From Limnothrix sp. BL-A-16 (lineage in GTDB: Bacteria; Cyanobacteriota; Cyanobacteriia; CACIAM-69d), in assembly GCA_041937175.2 (NCBI GenBank), contig CP166615.1, forward strand, positions 1,344,001-1,408,000: DNA of 64,000 nucleotides. The letters are read 5' to 3'. Positions 10,716 through 20,543 of this stretch are shown in pieces (within the stretch, counting starts at the first letter, position 1; each line of letters starts with the position of its first letter). Below the pieces are notes generated by a model. That model saw only the letters and a list, made by a program, of their open reading frames with translations, made no database searches and was not told the DNA's origin. A program made the translations under genes and the position numbers.

Positions 10716-11057
10716 ATGGCAGTCATTCAATTCATCCGAGGCATTAACGAAGAGGTGGTACCTGATGTCCGCTTGACGCGATCGCGTGATGGGAGCAATG
10801 GCCGCGCCATCTTTATCTTTGATAACCCTAAAACGTTGGCTGCATCCGCCGATCAAGAAATCACCGGCATGTACCTAATCGACGAAGAGGGTGAGTTGAT
10901 GACCCGTGATGTGAAAGGCAAGTTTGTTAACGGTCAGCCGTCGGGCATTGAAGCCTACTACGTCATGACCTCGGAGAACGATTGGGAACGGTTCATGCGG
11001 TTTATGAATCGCTACGCGGAAGCGAACGGCTTGGGCTTCACGAAGGCTGACAGCTAA
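10716..11057 (+). CDS. psb28: Photosystem II assembly protein Psb28
   Basis: [26 protein letters not shown]...[19 protein letters not shown]; start moved to the ATG at 10716. Confidence 0.97.
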   Translation: MAVIQFIRGINEEVVPDVRLTRSRDGSNGRAIFIFDNPKTLAASADQEITGMYLIDEEGELMTRDVKGKFVNGQPSGIEAYYVMTSENDWERFMRFMNRYAEANGLGFTKADS

Positions 11058-11144
11058 CGATCGCCCAACTCTTCAATTACGCCTAGCCACTCAGCGCCCG
11101 ACCATTCCACCATCCCAGAACCATGCCCGAGGGGGTGATCGCCC

Positions 11145-11663
11145 ATGAGTCAGCCACAGTCCCTGGAGGGGCCCCATCCCGATCGCGAGTCTCTTCAGGT
11201 GCGTTGTGCGGTAATCACCGTCAGTGATACGCGCAATTTTGAGACCGATCGCAGTGGGCAACTGATTCGCGATCGCCTGACCTGGGCGGGCCACGTGATC
11301 GTAACCTACCAAATTTTGAAGGATGAGCCAGAGCTGATTGCGGAAACGGTGTTGCAACTGTGCCAAAGCCCGGACATTGATGCCCTGTTGCTGAATGGGG
11401 GCACGGGCATTGCGCCTCGGGACACAACTTACGACGCGATCGCCCGGTTGCTCGACAAGACCTTACCCGGATTTGGTGAACTGCTTCGGCAACTGAGCTT
11501 TGCGGAGGTTGGCTCACGGGCCATGGCTTCTCGGGCGATCGCTGGGGTTTGCCAAGGAAAATTGGTGTTTTCGATGCCCGGATCGAGCAATGCAGTTAGC
11601 CTTGCCCTGGATTCTCTGATCCTGCCGGAGCTAGTTCACTTGGTGACTCAGCTTCAGAAATAG
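11145..11663 (+). CDS. moaB: Molybdenum cofactor biosynthesis protein MoaB/Mog
   Basis: VITVSDTR, DRSG, GGTGIAPRDTT, PGFGE and MPGS. Confidence 0.92.
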   Translation: MSQPQSLEGPHPDRESLQVRCAVITVSDTRNFETDRSGQLIRDRLTWAGHVIVTYQILKDEPELIAETVLQLCQSPDIDALLLNGGTGIAPRDTTYDAIARLLDKTLPGFGELLRQLSFAEVGSRAMASRAIAGVCQGKLVFSMPGSSNAVSLALDSLILPELVHLVTQLQK

Positions 11664-11899
11664 CGAATTGGGATTCTGGGTTACAGATTGAAGTTATTGA
11701 AGTTACAGATCGAAAGTATGGATTGAAATTTTGATTTAGGAAGCTTTCTGGGTCGATTCAACCCGAGCTTAATTCGATCTTGCTTAATTCAATCTTAATT
11801 AATCACGAACTTGCTGATCAGCTAGGTGAGTTGATCGATCGAGCGATTTAGTTCGATTGACTTCTAACCTGACTGATTTTTAATTTGATGAGTCAGAAG

Positions 11900-11980
11900 T
11901 GGGCAAGGAGAGATTCGAACTCTCATGGATTTCTCCGCCGCATTTTGAGTGCGGTGCGTCTACCGTTCCGCCACTTGCCC
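11900..11980 (-). tRNA. trnL: tRNA-Leu(CAA)
   Basis: Minus strand GGGCAAGTGGCGGAACGGTAGACGCACCGCACT-CAA-AATGCGG...GTTCGAATC...CTTGCCCA; cloverleaf with a long variable arm; CCA not encoded. Confidence 0.95.
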
Positions 11981-11994
11981 GTAGCGCTCTGCAA

Positions 11995-12870
11995 TTATAG
12001 CGGATTTTTTGAAAAATGGTGCAACAAATCTCGATATTCTCGGCTGTGGGCCCAACGGTCAATTTCACGGGCCCGTAACACAGGAACGGGATGGGTCAAC
12101 GTCGCGGTGCGAGCGCGTTTGAGGGCGGCTCCCAGTTGGGATTGGTCGATCGCGTCATAGGCCCGAGCCTGGGCCAGGAATGCTTCGACATTCAACAGGG
12201 GCGCAAGGTTCGGCGAGCCACCCGCCAACTTCATCAACACCGAAGCCACCACCGTGGGATCTTGCACGGCCAGCAGGGCCGCCCGATCGCAGGTGAATTC
12301 TGCACAGCGAGACCACTCCAGCAGCCGCTCCTGCAAGCCCTGGGCGAACCACCGTCCCCACTCGGGCACTTGTCCCGCCGCCAAAACCAGCACGTTGGCC
12401 AAGGTCAGGTAGAGGCTATGTTCACACTTGAGATGGCCCAGCTCGTGGGCAATCACCGCCTGGGTTTCCAGGGGAGTGAGCAAATCCAACAGGGCCGAGT
12501 GAATGACCACAAAGGGCCGCCGCCCTCGCATCGCAAAGGTGTAGGCGTTGGGAACCGGATGTTGGCGCACGTAAAGCTGCGGTGCTTCCAAGTCCAACCG
12601 CTGGGCCGCCTCTTGCAAAAGATGGTGCAGGTGAGGCAGTTGGTTGGGCCCCACCAACAGGCTGGCGGCAATGTTTTCGAGATACATCACCTCTTCCGCA
12701 ATCGGGCCCACCAGATTACGCACCAGCAAATCCAAACCCGGCCAGCGATCGAGCGATTGGGTCGCGGCCAAGTCGAGGGGGTGTCGAAATTGGTTGGCGC
12801 GCAACCCCAACAGCCGCAGGGGCGTTTTGGAGGTGGAATGCTCGGAACCGTCAGCCATTGTGTTGGACAA
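11995..12870 (-). CDS. M48 family zinc metallopeptidase
   Basis: PNAYT, AHELGH (HExxH), EFTCDR and THP. Confidence 0.93.
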   Translation of the reverse strand: MSNTMADGSEHSTSKTPLRLLGLRANQFRHPLDLAATQSLDRWPGLDLLVRNLVGPIAEEVMYLENIAASLLVGPNQLPHLHHLLQEAAQRLDLEAPQLYVRQHPVPNAYTFAMRGRRPFVVIHSALLDLLTPLETQAVIAHELGHLKCEHSLYLTLANVLVLAAGQVPEWGRWFAQGLQERLLEWSRCAEFTCDRAALLAVQDPTVVASVLMKLAGGSPNLAPLLNVEAFLAQARAYDAIDQSQLGAALKRARTATLTHPVPVLRAREIDRWAHSREYRDLLHHFSKNPL

Positions 12871-12917
12871 AGGAAGATTTGGGGGATGGGCCGCGGGGCC
12901 CTGACTCTGGCTTGAGT

Positions 12918-14264
12918 TTAGCTCACGGCTGCGGGCACTGCGCCCTCTGCAAAGCCATTCAGGCGCTGAATGTTGGCCCCGATCGAGCGAAGTTTGTTTT
13001 CGATGTTTTCATAGCCCCGATCGAGGTGATGCAGGCCGCGGATCGTGGTTTTGCCCCGGGCCGCCAAGCCCGCCACCACCAGGGCCGCCCCCGCCCGCAA
13101 ATCCGAAGCGGTGACCGGCGCACCGGACAGGAACGGCACGCCCTTGACGATCGCCACCCGGTCTTTAACCCGGATGTTAGCTCCCATCCGGTTCAGCTCC
13201 GCCACATGGCGCAGGCGGTTTTCAAACACCGTTTCGGTAATGGTGCTGCTGCCTTCGCAGAGGGTGAGCAGGGCCATGAATTGGGCTTGCATATCCGTGG
13301 GGAAACCGGGGAATGGCAGGGTTTCCAGATCCGTGGCCAACAGGCCCTGACTGGGAAAAACACGGATGCTGGTTCCCTCGATCACCGTCTGCACCCCGAT
13401 CGCCTCCAACTTGGCCAGGGTGGCGCTCATGTGGTCGGGAATCACTGGCCCCACCAACAGGTCTGAGCGAGTGGCCGCTGCTGCCACCAAAAACGTTCCC
13501 GCTTCGATTCGATCGGGAATGACGGAATGTTCCGTGGAATGAAGCTTTTCCACGCCCTCAATCACCACCGTATCCGTTCCTGCGCCGCGAACCTTCGCCC
13601 CCATCGCGTTGCAGAAATTGGCCAAATCAATAATTTCCGGCTCCCGTGCCGCATTTTCCAGGATGGTTTCCCCTTCCGCGAGGGTGGCCGCCATCATCAA
13701 GGTTTCCGTGGCCCCCACGCTGGGATAGTCCAGATAAATGCGGGCCCCCGTGAGGCGCGACTTGCCGCGAATGCTGGCGAATACAATGCCGCTGTCGATA
13801 TGCACATCGGCCCCCATGGCCTGGAGACCCCGCACATGGAGTTCCACCGGCCGCGCCCCGATCGCGCAGCCGCCGGGCAGGGGGAACCGGGCCTCGCCCA
13901 TCCGAGCCAACAGGGCCCCAATGGCGAAAAAGCTAGCCCGCAGTTGACTGACCAACTCATAGGGGGCTTCGGCGCGGTTGATGTGGCGTGCGTCAATTTC
14001 CCATGTGTCGCCCAGGCAGCGGGTTTTCAGCCCCAGCGCTTCCAACACCTGCCCCATCCGCGCCACATCCACCAGCAAGGGCACGTTACGGATTCGGCAT
14101 TCTCCGGAGCACAGCACCGTGGCCGCCAGCAGTACGAGGGCAGAGTTTTTGGCTCCACTGACTGAGACATGGCCGCTGAGTGGCTGACCACCCACGATTT
14201 CGAGGATGGGTTCATCCGCTTCGCGGGAAGCAGAGAGGGGGGAAGTGCTAGACGGGGAAACTAT
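12918..14264 (-). CDS. murA: UDP-N-acetylglucosamine 1-carboxyvinyltransferase (start probably the ATA at 14264)
   Basis: [32 protein letters not shown] and DLRAGAAL. The frame stays open upstream of GTG 14195 to an ATA that follows GGAGG. Confidence 0.97.
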   Translation of the reverse strand: MVSPSSTSPLSASREADEPILEIVGGQPLSGHVSVSGAKNSALVLLAATVLCSGECRIRNVPLLVDVARMGQVLEALGLKTRCLGDTWEIDARHINRAEAPYELVSQLRASFFAIGALLARMGEARFPLPGGCAIGARPVELHVRGLQAMGADVHIDSGIVFASIRGKSRLTGARIYLDYPSVGATETLMMAATLAEGETILENAAREPEIIDLANFCNAMGAKVRGAGTDTVVIEGVEKLHSTEHSVIPDRIEAGTFLVAAAATRSDLLVGPVIPDHMSATLAKLEAIGVQTVIEGTSIRVFPSQGLLATDLETLPFPGFPTDMQAQFMALLTLCEGSSTITETVFENRLRHVAELNRMGANIRVKDRVAIVKGVPFLSGAPVTASDLRAGAALVVAGLAARGKTTIRGLHHLDRGYENIENKLRSIGANIQRLNGFAEGAVPAAVS

Positions 14265-14624
14265 GGCCGTGGTCCTCCAAAAACGCGCGCCAAGCTGAAA
14301 TGTTGCGAGAATGCAAATTTCGTTTAGATTCTACACAACTCAACTTCCCTGGCAATGTTCTCCAGATCCCAAAACCCACGCATGGGGGGCGATCGGGCGA
14401 TTCCGATTTCGACGCTTCCCAGCAAGCTGAACCCTGGCCAGCGAGATCGGGCGGGGTGAGCCTGATTGCCTAGCCAATTCTCATCGAAGGGGGGTTAGCC
14501 AGTGCCCGAGTGGGTGCTTGAACAGGCGCTAAACATCATGGGCGATCGCCCGCGACTTGATCCCAATGGAACCCACTTTTTTAATGTTGTTCAAACAAAT
14601 CCCAAAAAAAATTTCTAAAAGGGG

Positions 14625-14652
14625 TTGCGCTCCAGACTGAAAGTGCTAATAT
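14625..14652 (+). promoter_or_regulatory. Sigma70-type promoter of tRNA-Leu(CAG)
   Basis: TTGCGC-N16-TAATAT ending 14 nt before the tRNA, with an A-tract upstream. Confidence 0.6.
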
Positions 14653-14665
14653 TGATTCCGCGCAA

Positions 14666-14749
14666 GCGGAACTGGCGGAATTGGTAGACGCGCAAGATTC
14701 AGGTTCTTGTGTTCGCAAGGACTTCCGGGTTCAAGTCCCGGGTTCCGCA
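14666..14749 (+). tRNA. trnL: tRNA-Leu(CAG)
   Basis: GCGGAACTGGCGGAATTGGTAGACGCG-CAAGATT-CAG-GTTCTTG...GGTTCAAGTCCCGGGTTCCGCA. Confidence 0.95.
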
Positions 14750-14763
14750 TCTTAAACGCCAAC

Positions 14764-15540
14764 ATGATTACAAGCGTCAAAAATCCACTGGTTAAGCAGC
14801 TTAAAAAGCTTCATCAAGCCAAGGGAAGACGCGAAGAAAATCAATTCTTAATCGAGGGAACTCATCTGTTGCAAGAAGCAATTGCAGTGGATTATTCCCT
14901 CGATTTTGTTTGTTGCACACCCGCCTGGCAAGAAAAATATCCAGTGGATTTTGCACGGGCGGCGGCCCACGCCCCGATCGAGCTGGTGGCCGAACCAGTG
15001 CTCCAAGCGATTGCTACCACGGTGAACCCGGACGGGGTGGTGGCGGTGGCCCAGCGTTGCCCGATCGCCCCTCAGCGATCGCTCCAAATTGCCTTGGGCT
15101 TGGAACGGCTTCAGGATCCGGGGAACCTGGGCACGATCGTGCGGGCAGCGGCGGCGGCAGGTTGTGATCAAATTTGGTTAAGCGACGACAGCGTTGATCT
15201 GGATCATCCCAAGGTGCTGCGCTCAACGGCGGGTCAGTGGTTCCGAATGCCGATGCAGGCGGCGGAAGATTTGCGATCGACCGTGCGCGACCTGAAGCAA
15301 CAGGGTTTCAAGATTGTGGCCACAGTACCCACGGCCGATCTCAGCTATTGGGAGGCGGATTTGCGATCGCCCGTGATGGTGTTGTTGGGCAACGAGGGCG
15401 CGGGTCTTTCTCCGGAGCTAATTGCTGAAGCAGACACGGCTGTGCGCATTCCCCTTGCGCCGGGGGTTGAGTCCCTGAATGTGTCAGTGACGGCGGCGCT
15501 TCTGTTGTACGAAATTCAGCGCCAGCAAACCCAGGCCTAG
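14764..15540 (+). CDS. TrmH/SpoU family RNA methyltransferase
   Basis: MITSVKNPLVK, LQDPGNLGTIVR, GNEGAG and ESLNV. The track start at 14707 lies inside the tRNA, so 14764 is used. Confidence 0.93.
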   Translation: MITSVKNPLVKQLKKLHQAKGRREENQFLIEGTHLLQEAIAVDYSLDFVCCTPAWQEKYPVDFARAAAHAPIELVAEPVLQAIATTVNPDGVVAVAQRCPIAPQRSLQIALGLERLQDPGNLGTIVRAAAAAGCDQIWLSDDSVDLDHPKVLRSTAGQWFRMPMQAAEDLRSTVRDLKQQGFKIVATVPTADLSYWEADLRSPVMVLLGNEGAGLSPELIAEADTAVRIPLAPGVESLNVSVTAALLLYEIQRQQTQA

Positions 15541-15582
15541 AACCTCATTTCAGCCCAGAGCTTCACCCAAGAGTTTCTCTCC

Positions 15583-15640
15583 AAATCTTCAACCAGAATC
15601 TTTAACCGGCATCTTCAATCCAAATCTTCAACCAGAATCT
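15583..15640. repeat. Short imperfect 13-nt tandem repeats
   Basis: About 4 units of TTCAACCAGAATC-like sequence between convergent genes. Confidence 0.5.
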
Positions 15641-15688
15641 CAGACCCAAACCTGTAGGGCCAATTCAACGGTTAGGAGCTGAGAAGTT

Positions 15689-16258
15689 CTAGGGTTCCGT
15701 GCTGGGTTGGGGCTGGCCTTCTGGTAAATCCAGTTCGATGTTGGTTCCCCGATCGAGCACTTCAATATCCCACTGACCTCGGGCCCCGCTTTCAAACACA
15801 ATAAAGCGACCATCGGGACTGATGCGGGGCGATCGTACCCAACCGCGATAGCCCTGGGTGAGCACTTGAACCTGGCCCGTTGCCCGATCGTATAGCTCAA
15901 CCTCCGGGCGGGCATAGTCGCTGGCCAGGTAAACCAAATAGCGACCGGTTTGGCTGAGGCTGGGTTGCTCGGCGATCGCGTCTCGGCGGTTCAACCGAGG
16001 CAGCTCAATGAAGCGGCGCTGCTGCAAGTCAAATAGCAAAATCTGGCGGTTGCCCCCTCGGTTGGAAACAAAGGCCAACATCCGTCCATCGCCGCTGAGA
16101 CTGGGCTGCTCATCGGCATAGCGGGAATTGAGGGTGAGGGGAATGTTGAGGTTGGCTCCGTTGCCACAAGCAACCAGGAGCGCGGCTGTGCTGAGAACAA
16201 CCGCGCTCCGGCTTAGGGCCCGTTGACCCAATCTGAGGGACGATCGCAAAACGGACAA
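15689..16258 (-). CDS. TolB-like (PD40 repeat) lipoprotein
   Basis: Lipobox LLVAC; repeats PSLSGDGRMLAFVSNR and PRISPDGRFIVFES. Confidence 0.85.
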   Translation of the reverse strand: MSVLRSSLRLGQRALSRSAVVLSTAALLVACGNGANLNIPLTLNSRYADEQPSLSGDGRMLAFVSNRGGNRQILLFDLQQRRFIELPRLNRRDAIAEQPSLSQTGRYLVYLASDYARPEVELYDRATGQVQVLTQGYRGWVRSPRISPDGRFIVFESGARGQWDIEVLDRGTNIELDLPEGQPQPSTEP

Positions 16259-16286
16259 GGGCGTTTAGGGGAAGTTTCGCTGGAGG

Positions 16287-17483
16287 TTAGCGTTCAAACT
16301 TAACGGGGCGATCGAAGTCGTCTTCGTAGCGATCGCCGCCGTTACCATCGGAAAAACGGGCTTCCGAGTCACGGTTGTTGCCCAGGGAGCCATCCCCTTC
16401 CTCATCCTTGGGACTCAGATCCAGGGGCGGACGACTGCTGGCCTGGTCGGCGTAGCGATCCCAATCTTCTTCGGTGGGTTCCGGGTCGATCGGTTGATAG
16501 GACACGTAGCTATCGGCGGGTTCCACCTCTGCGGCATAGCTATCGCTGTAGCTGCTTTTGCGGGCGGGCGGTTCGTCAACGTAGTTGGTGCGGCTGACCG
16601 GTGGCTCATCGGCCAAGGGAGCCGCGCCAGCACGACGCTTGCGAGTGGGAGCGCGATCCTCGGGGTTACTGGGTCGATCGCGCCGACTGCGAGGGGGACG
16701 ATCGGGCTGTTCCCAGCGATCTTCGCCCCAAGATTCCTCCGATCGAGTGGGTTCAACCCGTGCAGGGTCAACTCGGGTGGGGTCAACAGCAGGGCGACGG
16801 CTCGATCGGCTCACGGGCGGCTCGCTCCAATCAGCTCCCGTTTCGGGGCGGTTGGGCGGGCGCTGGGCGGGCCGACGCTTGCGCGGAACGCCACCACCAT
16901 CGGGGCTGGCTCCGGCACTGGGGCCGCCAAAGGAATCGCGGTCATCGCGTGGGGGGCGTTGGGTCGGCGGTCGGCGGCGTGGCGGTGCATCATACCCACC
17001 ATCACGACCATCGCGGCTGTCACGGACTTCACGGACATCGCGCGGTCGGCTGCCATATTCCTCGGCGGCGCGGCTGTCGCGGCTGTCGTCGCTGCCCCGA
17101 ATCCGGCGATTGTAGGGCTGGCGCTCGATCGGCTCCATGTCATCCAGTTCCGCCCGATACACCCGACTCACGGGCCGATCGTCATCCACCAGGGGCGCAG
17201 TGCGCTTGGCTTGCTCCGTGGTCACATTCCGCAACCGAATACTTTCGTAAGCGAAAAAGATGGCTGACCCTGCCAACAGGAATTGGCTGAATTGCAGAAT
17301 CGGATCCAGCCGCCAGCTATTAAAAAACAGAATGCCACCGCACAGCAGACCCACCGCCGCGAAAAAGATGTCGTAATCGCGGGCCAGTCCTGGCTTGTAC
17401 GATCGAATGAAATAGAGTGCAGCGCCCGCCACCGCGAGGATGATGCCGATGAGGCTGCCCCAGCTAAAGCCAACGTTAACCAT
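16287..17483 (-). CDS. ycf66: Ycf66 family protein
   Basis: LARDYDIFFAAVGLLCGGILFFNSWRLDPILQF N-domain plus a long R/P/D-rich tail. Confidence 0.93.
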   Translation of the reverse strand: MVNVGFSWGSLIGIILAVAGAALYFIRSYKPGLARDYDIFFAAVGLLCGGILFFNSWRLDPILQFSQFLLAGSAIFFAYESIRLRNVTTEQAKRTAPLVDDDRPVSRVYRAELDDMEPIERQPYNRRIRGSDDSRDSRAAEEYGSRPRDVREVRDSRDGRDGGYDAPPRRRPPTQRPPRDDRDSFGGPSAGASPDGGGVPRKRRPAQRPPNRPETGADWSEPPVSRSSRRPAVDPTRVDPARVEPTRSEESWGEDRWEQPDRPPRSRRDRPSNPEDRAPTRKRRAGAAPLADEPPVSRTNYVDEPPARKSSYSDSYAAEVEPADSYVSYQPIDPEPTEEDWDRYADQASSRPPLDLSPKDEEGDGSLGNNRDSEARFSDGNGGDRYEDDFDRPVKFER

Positions 17484-17619
17484 CGTCCCTCAAGAACGTT
17501 ACGGGTTTATTCTAACGACGAACGGCGGCTCCGATGGGGTTACCGGAACCGCCGTCCTTTGCGGGCGATCGCGCCGAGGCTATCCCAACCACAGGGGTTG
17601 AGCGACACGACAAGCAACC

Positions 17620-17742
17620 TTAGAAAGTGCGCTTTACCTTGTCGTTCTGGCTGATGACGATCAAGCCAACGGTAATCGGCAGCACCACAATTACGGCTCC
17701 CAAGAGCAGGCTCCACAGGAAATTCGCCAAAGAAGCAGTCAT
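17620..17742 (-). CDS. psbX: Photosystem II protein PsbX (not in ORF track)
   Basis: Hand translation gives MTASLANFLWSLLLGAVIVVLPITVGLIVISQNDKVKRTF*; GAGGA SD upstream; lies between ycf66 and yggT. Confidence 0.95.
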   Translation of the reverse strand: MTASLANFLWSLLLGAVIVVLPITVGLIVISQNDKVKRTF

Positions 17743-18001
17743 AGTTATCCTCGGATTGAAAACGCACAATTGGCTCTAGGGTTGTATTTTATCGCCCGAT
17801 CGGCGCTCTGTCGCCCCAGCGGAATTGAGAATTTCCCAGATTGATCCGCCAAGCTTTACGATCATCCATGCTGCGGCTGACTATCTCCGAGCGGGGTTGG
17901 GTGGCATCTGGGCCGGGCCCTGCCCTCTGAGCCAGATTTTGCGCTAGCCATCCCCCCAAGGCCGATCGCCCGCCCTTCTCAATTTCTACCCCAAGTTCGG
18001 C

Positions 18002-18289
18002 ATGAGTACCGTTGTGATTGGATCGTGGGCCCTGAGCCTGCTGTTGGGTCTGTTCATTTTGTTGTTCATTGTCCGAATCGTGCTGACTTGGTATCCCCAG
18101 GTGGATGCCCAAAAGCTGCCCTTTAAGTTGGCGGTGGCTCCGACGGAACCCTTTTTGAAGGTGACTCGCGCGATCGTCCCCCCGATCGGCGGTGTGGACA
18201 TCAGCCCAATCATTTGGGTTGGGTTGGTCAGCCTGTTGCGTGAAGTGCTGCTGGGGCAACAAGGACTGATTACCATGAGCTTGAACTAA
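18002..18289 (+). CDS. YggT family membrane protein
   Basis: RIVLTWYP, PTEPFL and PPIGGVDISP. Confidence 0.93.
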   Translation: MSTVVIGSWALSLLLGLFILLFIVRIVLTWYPQVDAQKLPFKLAVAPTEPFLKVTRAIVPPIGGVDISPIIWVGLVSLLREVLLGQQGLITMSLN

Positions 18290-18340
18290 CCGAAATGCCG
18301 ACCCCTAGCCCAGTGCAAACGTTGTTTAGGTGGACTGTGC

Positions 18341-20041
18341 TTAGGTAGGCTGTCGATCGCTGTTGCTGGCATAGACCGGGCAACAACCATCGGGGGCCAC
18401 GCGCCGATCGGCCAGGGGAGAGGCGGGATTCCGGCAATGTTGCCCCCGATAAAACTGGCAAGTTTGGCAACAGATCAAGTCCGGTGTGTCGGGCCAGGCG
18501 GTGTTGCGATCGAGCACTTCCCGAGGGGACATGCCCCGCAACACCAAATCCGCCCCCTGCCAACGGACTTCCACCAACCCCGTTTCCGCAAAGGCTTTCC
18601 AGCGGGGGCTATGGACGATCGCATCGGGCAGATGCACCGTGGCGGCTCCTTCTCCGGTGCTGATTTCTCCTTCGTATCGCTCGATCGGGGCGGCCGGTTG
18701 GGCAAAGCTTTCCCCGATCGGCAACTCCAAAGCAGCGCCCGCACTGGGGCAATGGATTTGGTAGCGGCTGTTGAGTTCATCCAGGGCCGCCAAGCCCGCC
18801 AAATGGTCAATGCCCCCATGGACAAACACCACATGCTGGGGGCGCATGTTGTGGATCAGTTGCAGCGTGCCCAAGCCGTCCGAATGTTCCGACAGCTCGT
18901 AGGTGCTGTAAAGAATCCGATCGCCCTCATTAGGGCTGCGGAGGGGTTCGGATTCCAACCGGCCACCCGCAGCCGCCTGCACAGACACCAACCAACGTCC
19001 CGTCTGACAGAAGCGATCGCACAGTTGGGCCACGGGCAAATCATCATCCACCAACAGCAGGCAGGGGCCTTCCAACGCCAGATCGGGCCCGTTTTGATCG
19101 CTCGACAGCCGCCGCACCAGCGGCCGCACCCGATCGTCCCAAAACAGGTTTTGATGGCGGGCAAAATTCTGCACCGACTCCGGCAACCGATCAAGAATTG
19201 CCAAATAGGCATCACAGCCGGCCGCCACCTGGCGATCGACCCAAATGGTGAATTCGCGCCCTGTGAAGTAGTGGTGGCTGCGCAACAGCATCAACAGCTC
19301 TTGGCCCAGACCAAGCAGCGGCACGGGCAACAGCACCGATCGCCCCTGGGCCAGGGCTTGGCTAACCTGATCCGCTAGATCATTTTCCTGGCGGCGACGA
19401 CGCGATCGGCGGGCCACCCCGTAGGATCCCTCCACGATCAACACATCTGGCGCAAGGCCGCGCACCTCCGTGAGGGGCATTCCTTCCACCAACCGGCCAT
19501 TGGACAGAAAAAAATCGCCACTATAGGCCACGCAATATTCGCGCGATCGATTGCTGCGGGATTCGGCCCGGGACTGGTATCGCAACAGGGTGAGGGCTGC
19601 TCCCGGCAAATGACCAGCGGGCAACAACTCCACCGTCAAATCATCCGCCAAGGCCACAGGCGATCGCCAAGGAAGGGCCTGGCAAAACAGCGGAATCGAC
19701 TCCAAAGGGCGATCGAGCCAGTTGGTGGGCAACAATTGGGCCGTTTCGCCACTGGCAAAAATTGGCAAATGGGGGAACTGCTCATGGAGCTTCAGCAACC
19801 CGCGCGCGTGATCGCGGTGGGCATGGCTGCAAACCACCCAATCGGCCGGCATTCGGCCCCAACCCACTATTCCCGATCGCGGTCGGATGGGGTTTGGATG
19901 ATCCCACCCTTCGCCCAAGAGAGGCGACAGGCTCCGCAAGCCGCAGTCCAACATGACGCGATGGGTTCCCAATCGCACCACCAGGCACATCCCTTCGCCC
20001 CCATGGCCCACGGCATAGGGCAAGCACTCTAGCTCGGTCAC
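18341..20041 (-). CDS. MBL-fold beta-CASP metallo-hydrolase with Cys-rich C-terminus
   Basis: LDCG, SHAHRDH, AGHLPGA, YSGD, EGSYG and VFVHG. Confidence 0.88.
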   Translation of the reverse strand: MTELECLPYAVGHGGEGMCLVVRLGTHRVMLDCGLRSLSPLLGEGWDHPNPIRPRSGIVGWGRMPADWVVCSHAHRDHARGLLKLHEQFPHLPIFASGETAQLLPTNWLDRPLESIPLFCQALPWRSPVALADDLTVELLPAGHLPGAALTLLRYQSRAESRSNRSREYCVAYSGDFFLSNGRLVEGMPLTEVRGLAPDVLIVEGSYGVARRSRRRRQENDLADQVSQALAQGRSVLLPVPLLGLGQELLMLLRSHHYFTGREFTIWVDRQVAAGCDAYLAILDRLPESVQNFARHQNLFWDDRVRPLVRRLSSDQNGPDLALEGPCLLLVDDDLPVAQLCDRFCQTGRWLVSVQAAAGGRLESEPLRSPNEGDRILYSTYELSEHSDGLGTLQLIHNMRPQHVVFVHGGIDHLAGLAALDELNSRYQIHCPSAGAALELPIGESFAQPAAPIERYEGEISTGEGAATVHLPDAIVHSPRWKAFAETGLVEVRWQGADLVLRGMSPREVLDRNTAWPDTPDLICCQTCQFYRGQHCRNPASPLADRRVAPDGCCPVYASNSDRQPT

Positions 20042-20091
20042 AGGTTTGGGTTCCTTGATCGATCGGCCGCCACCGGGCCGATCGCCCTTCG

Positions 20092-20214
20092 TTAGTGAGC
20101 CGAACCGTTGCCGTGATAGTTATCCGTGTCGTAGAACCCGTTGCGCGTGCCAAAAAACAGGCAAGCCACCGTAAACAAACCGGTCAACACCGCCAAAATC
20201 AATTTCACATCCAT
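20092..20214 (-). CDS. ndhP: NDH-1L complex subunit NdhP
   Basis: MDVKLILAVLTGLFTVACLFFGTRNGFYDTDNYHGNGSAH; start at ATG 20214. Confidence 0.93.
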   Translation of the reverse strand: MDVKLILAVLTGLFTVACLFFGTRNGFYDTDNYHGNGSAH

Positions 20215-20436
20215 GGGACGCAACCACTCACACCAGCTAAAGGAAATAGGGGGGGAAGCTTGGGGAAATGTTAAATTCCCAAATTTCCCCAAATTTCATT
20301 GATGCCCCGGGCCGAAACCAAGGATCCGGCGGCGGGTTTGAGGCTTCGAGCCTTTCTTCTACCGTATCGAGCGGCTCCCAGGCTGTCAAATCGGGACGCA
20401 GCTAACGGCCCTGAGTAGATTGGGGCCAGGGCAGAT

Positions 20437-20472
20437 CAGACCCAACTCAGACCCAACTCAGACCCAACTCAG
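20437..20472. repeat. 11-nt tandem repeat x3
   Basis: CAGACCCAACT occurs three times. Confidence 0.8.
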
Positions 20473-20543
20473 GCGCGATCGGTTGGCAGCAAATTCCAAA
20501 AAATTTCAAAAGTTAATTCCAAAAGCTAATTCTAAAATCCAAT

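Noticed and set aside
11900..14749. Possible tRNA-bounded genomic island
   Set aside because: The contents are core genes; no integrase and no duplicated tRNA 3' end.
14707..14763. Extended N-terminus of the TrmH ORF
   Set aside because: It overlaps tRNA-Leu(CAG); ATG 14764 matches the family start.
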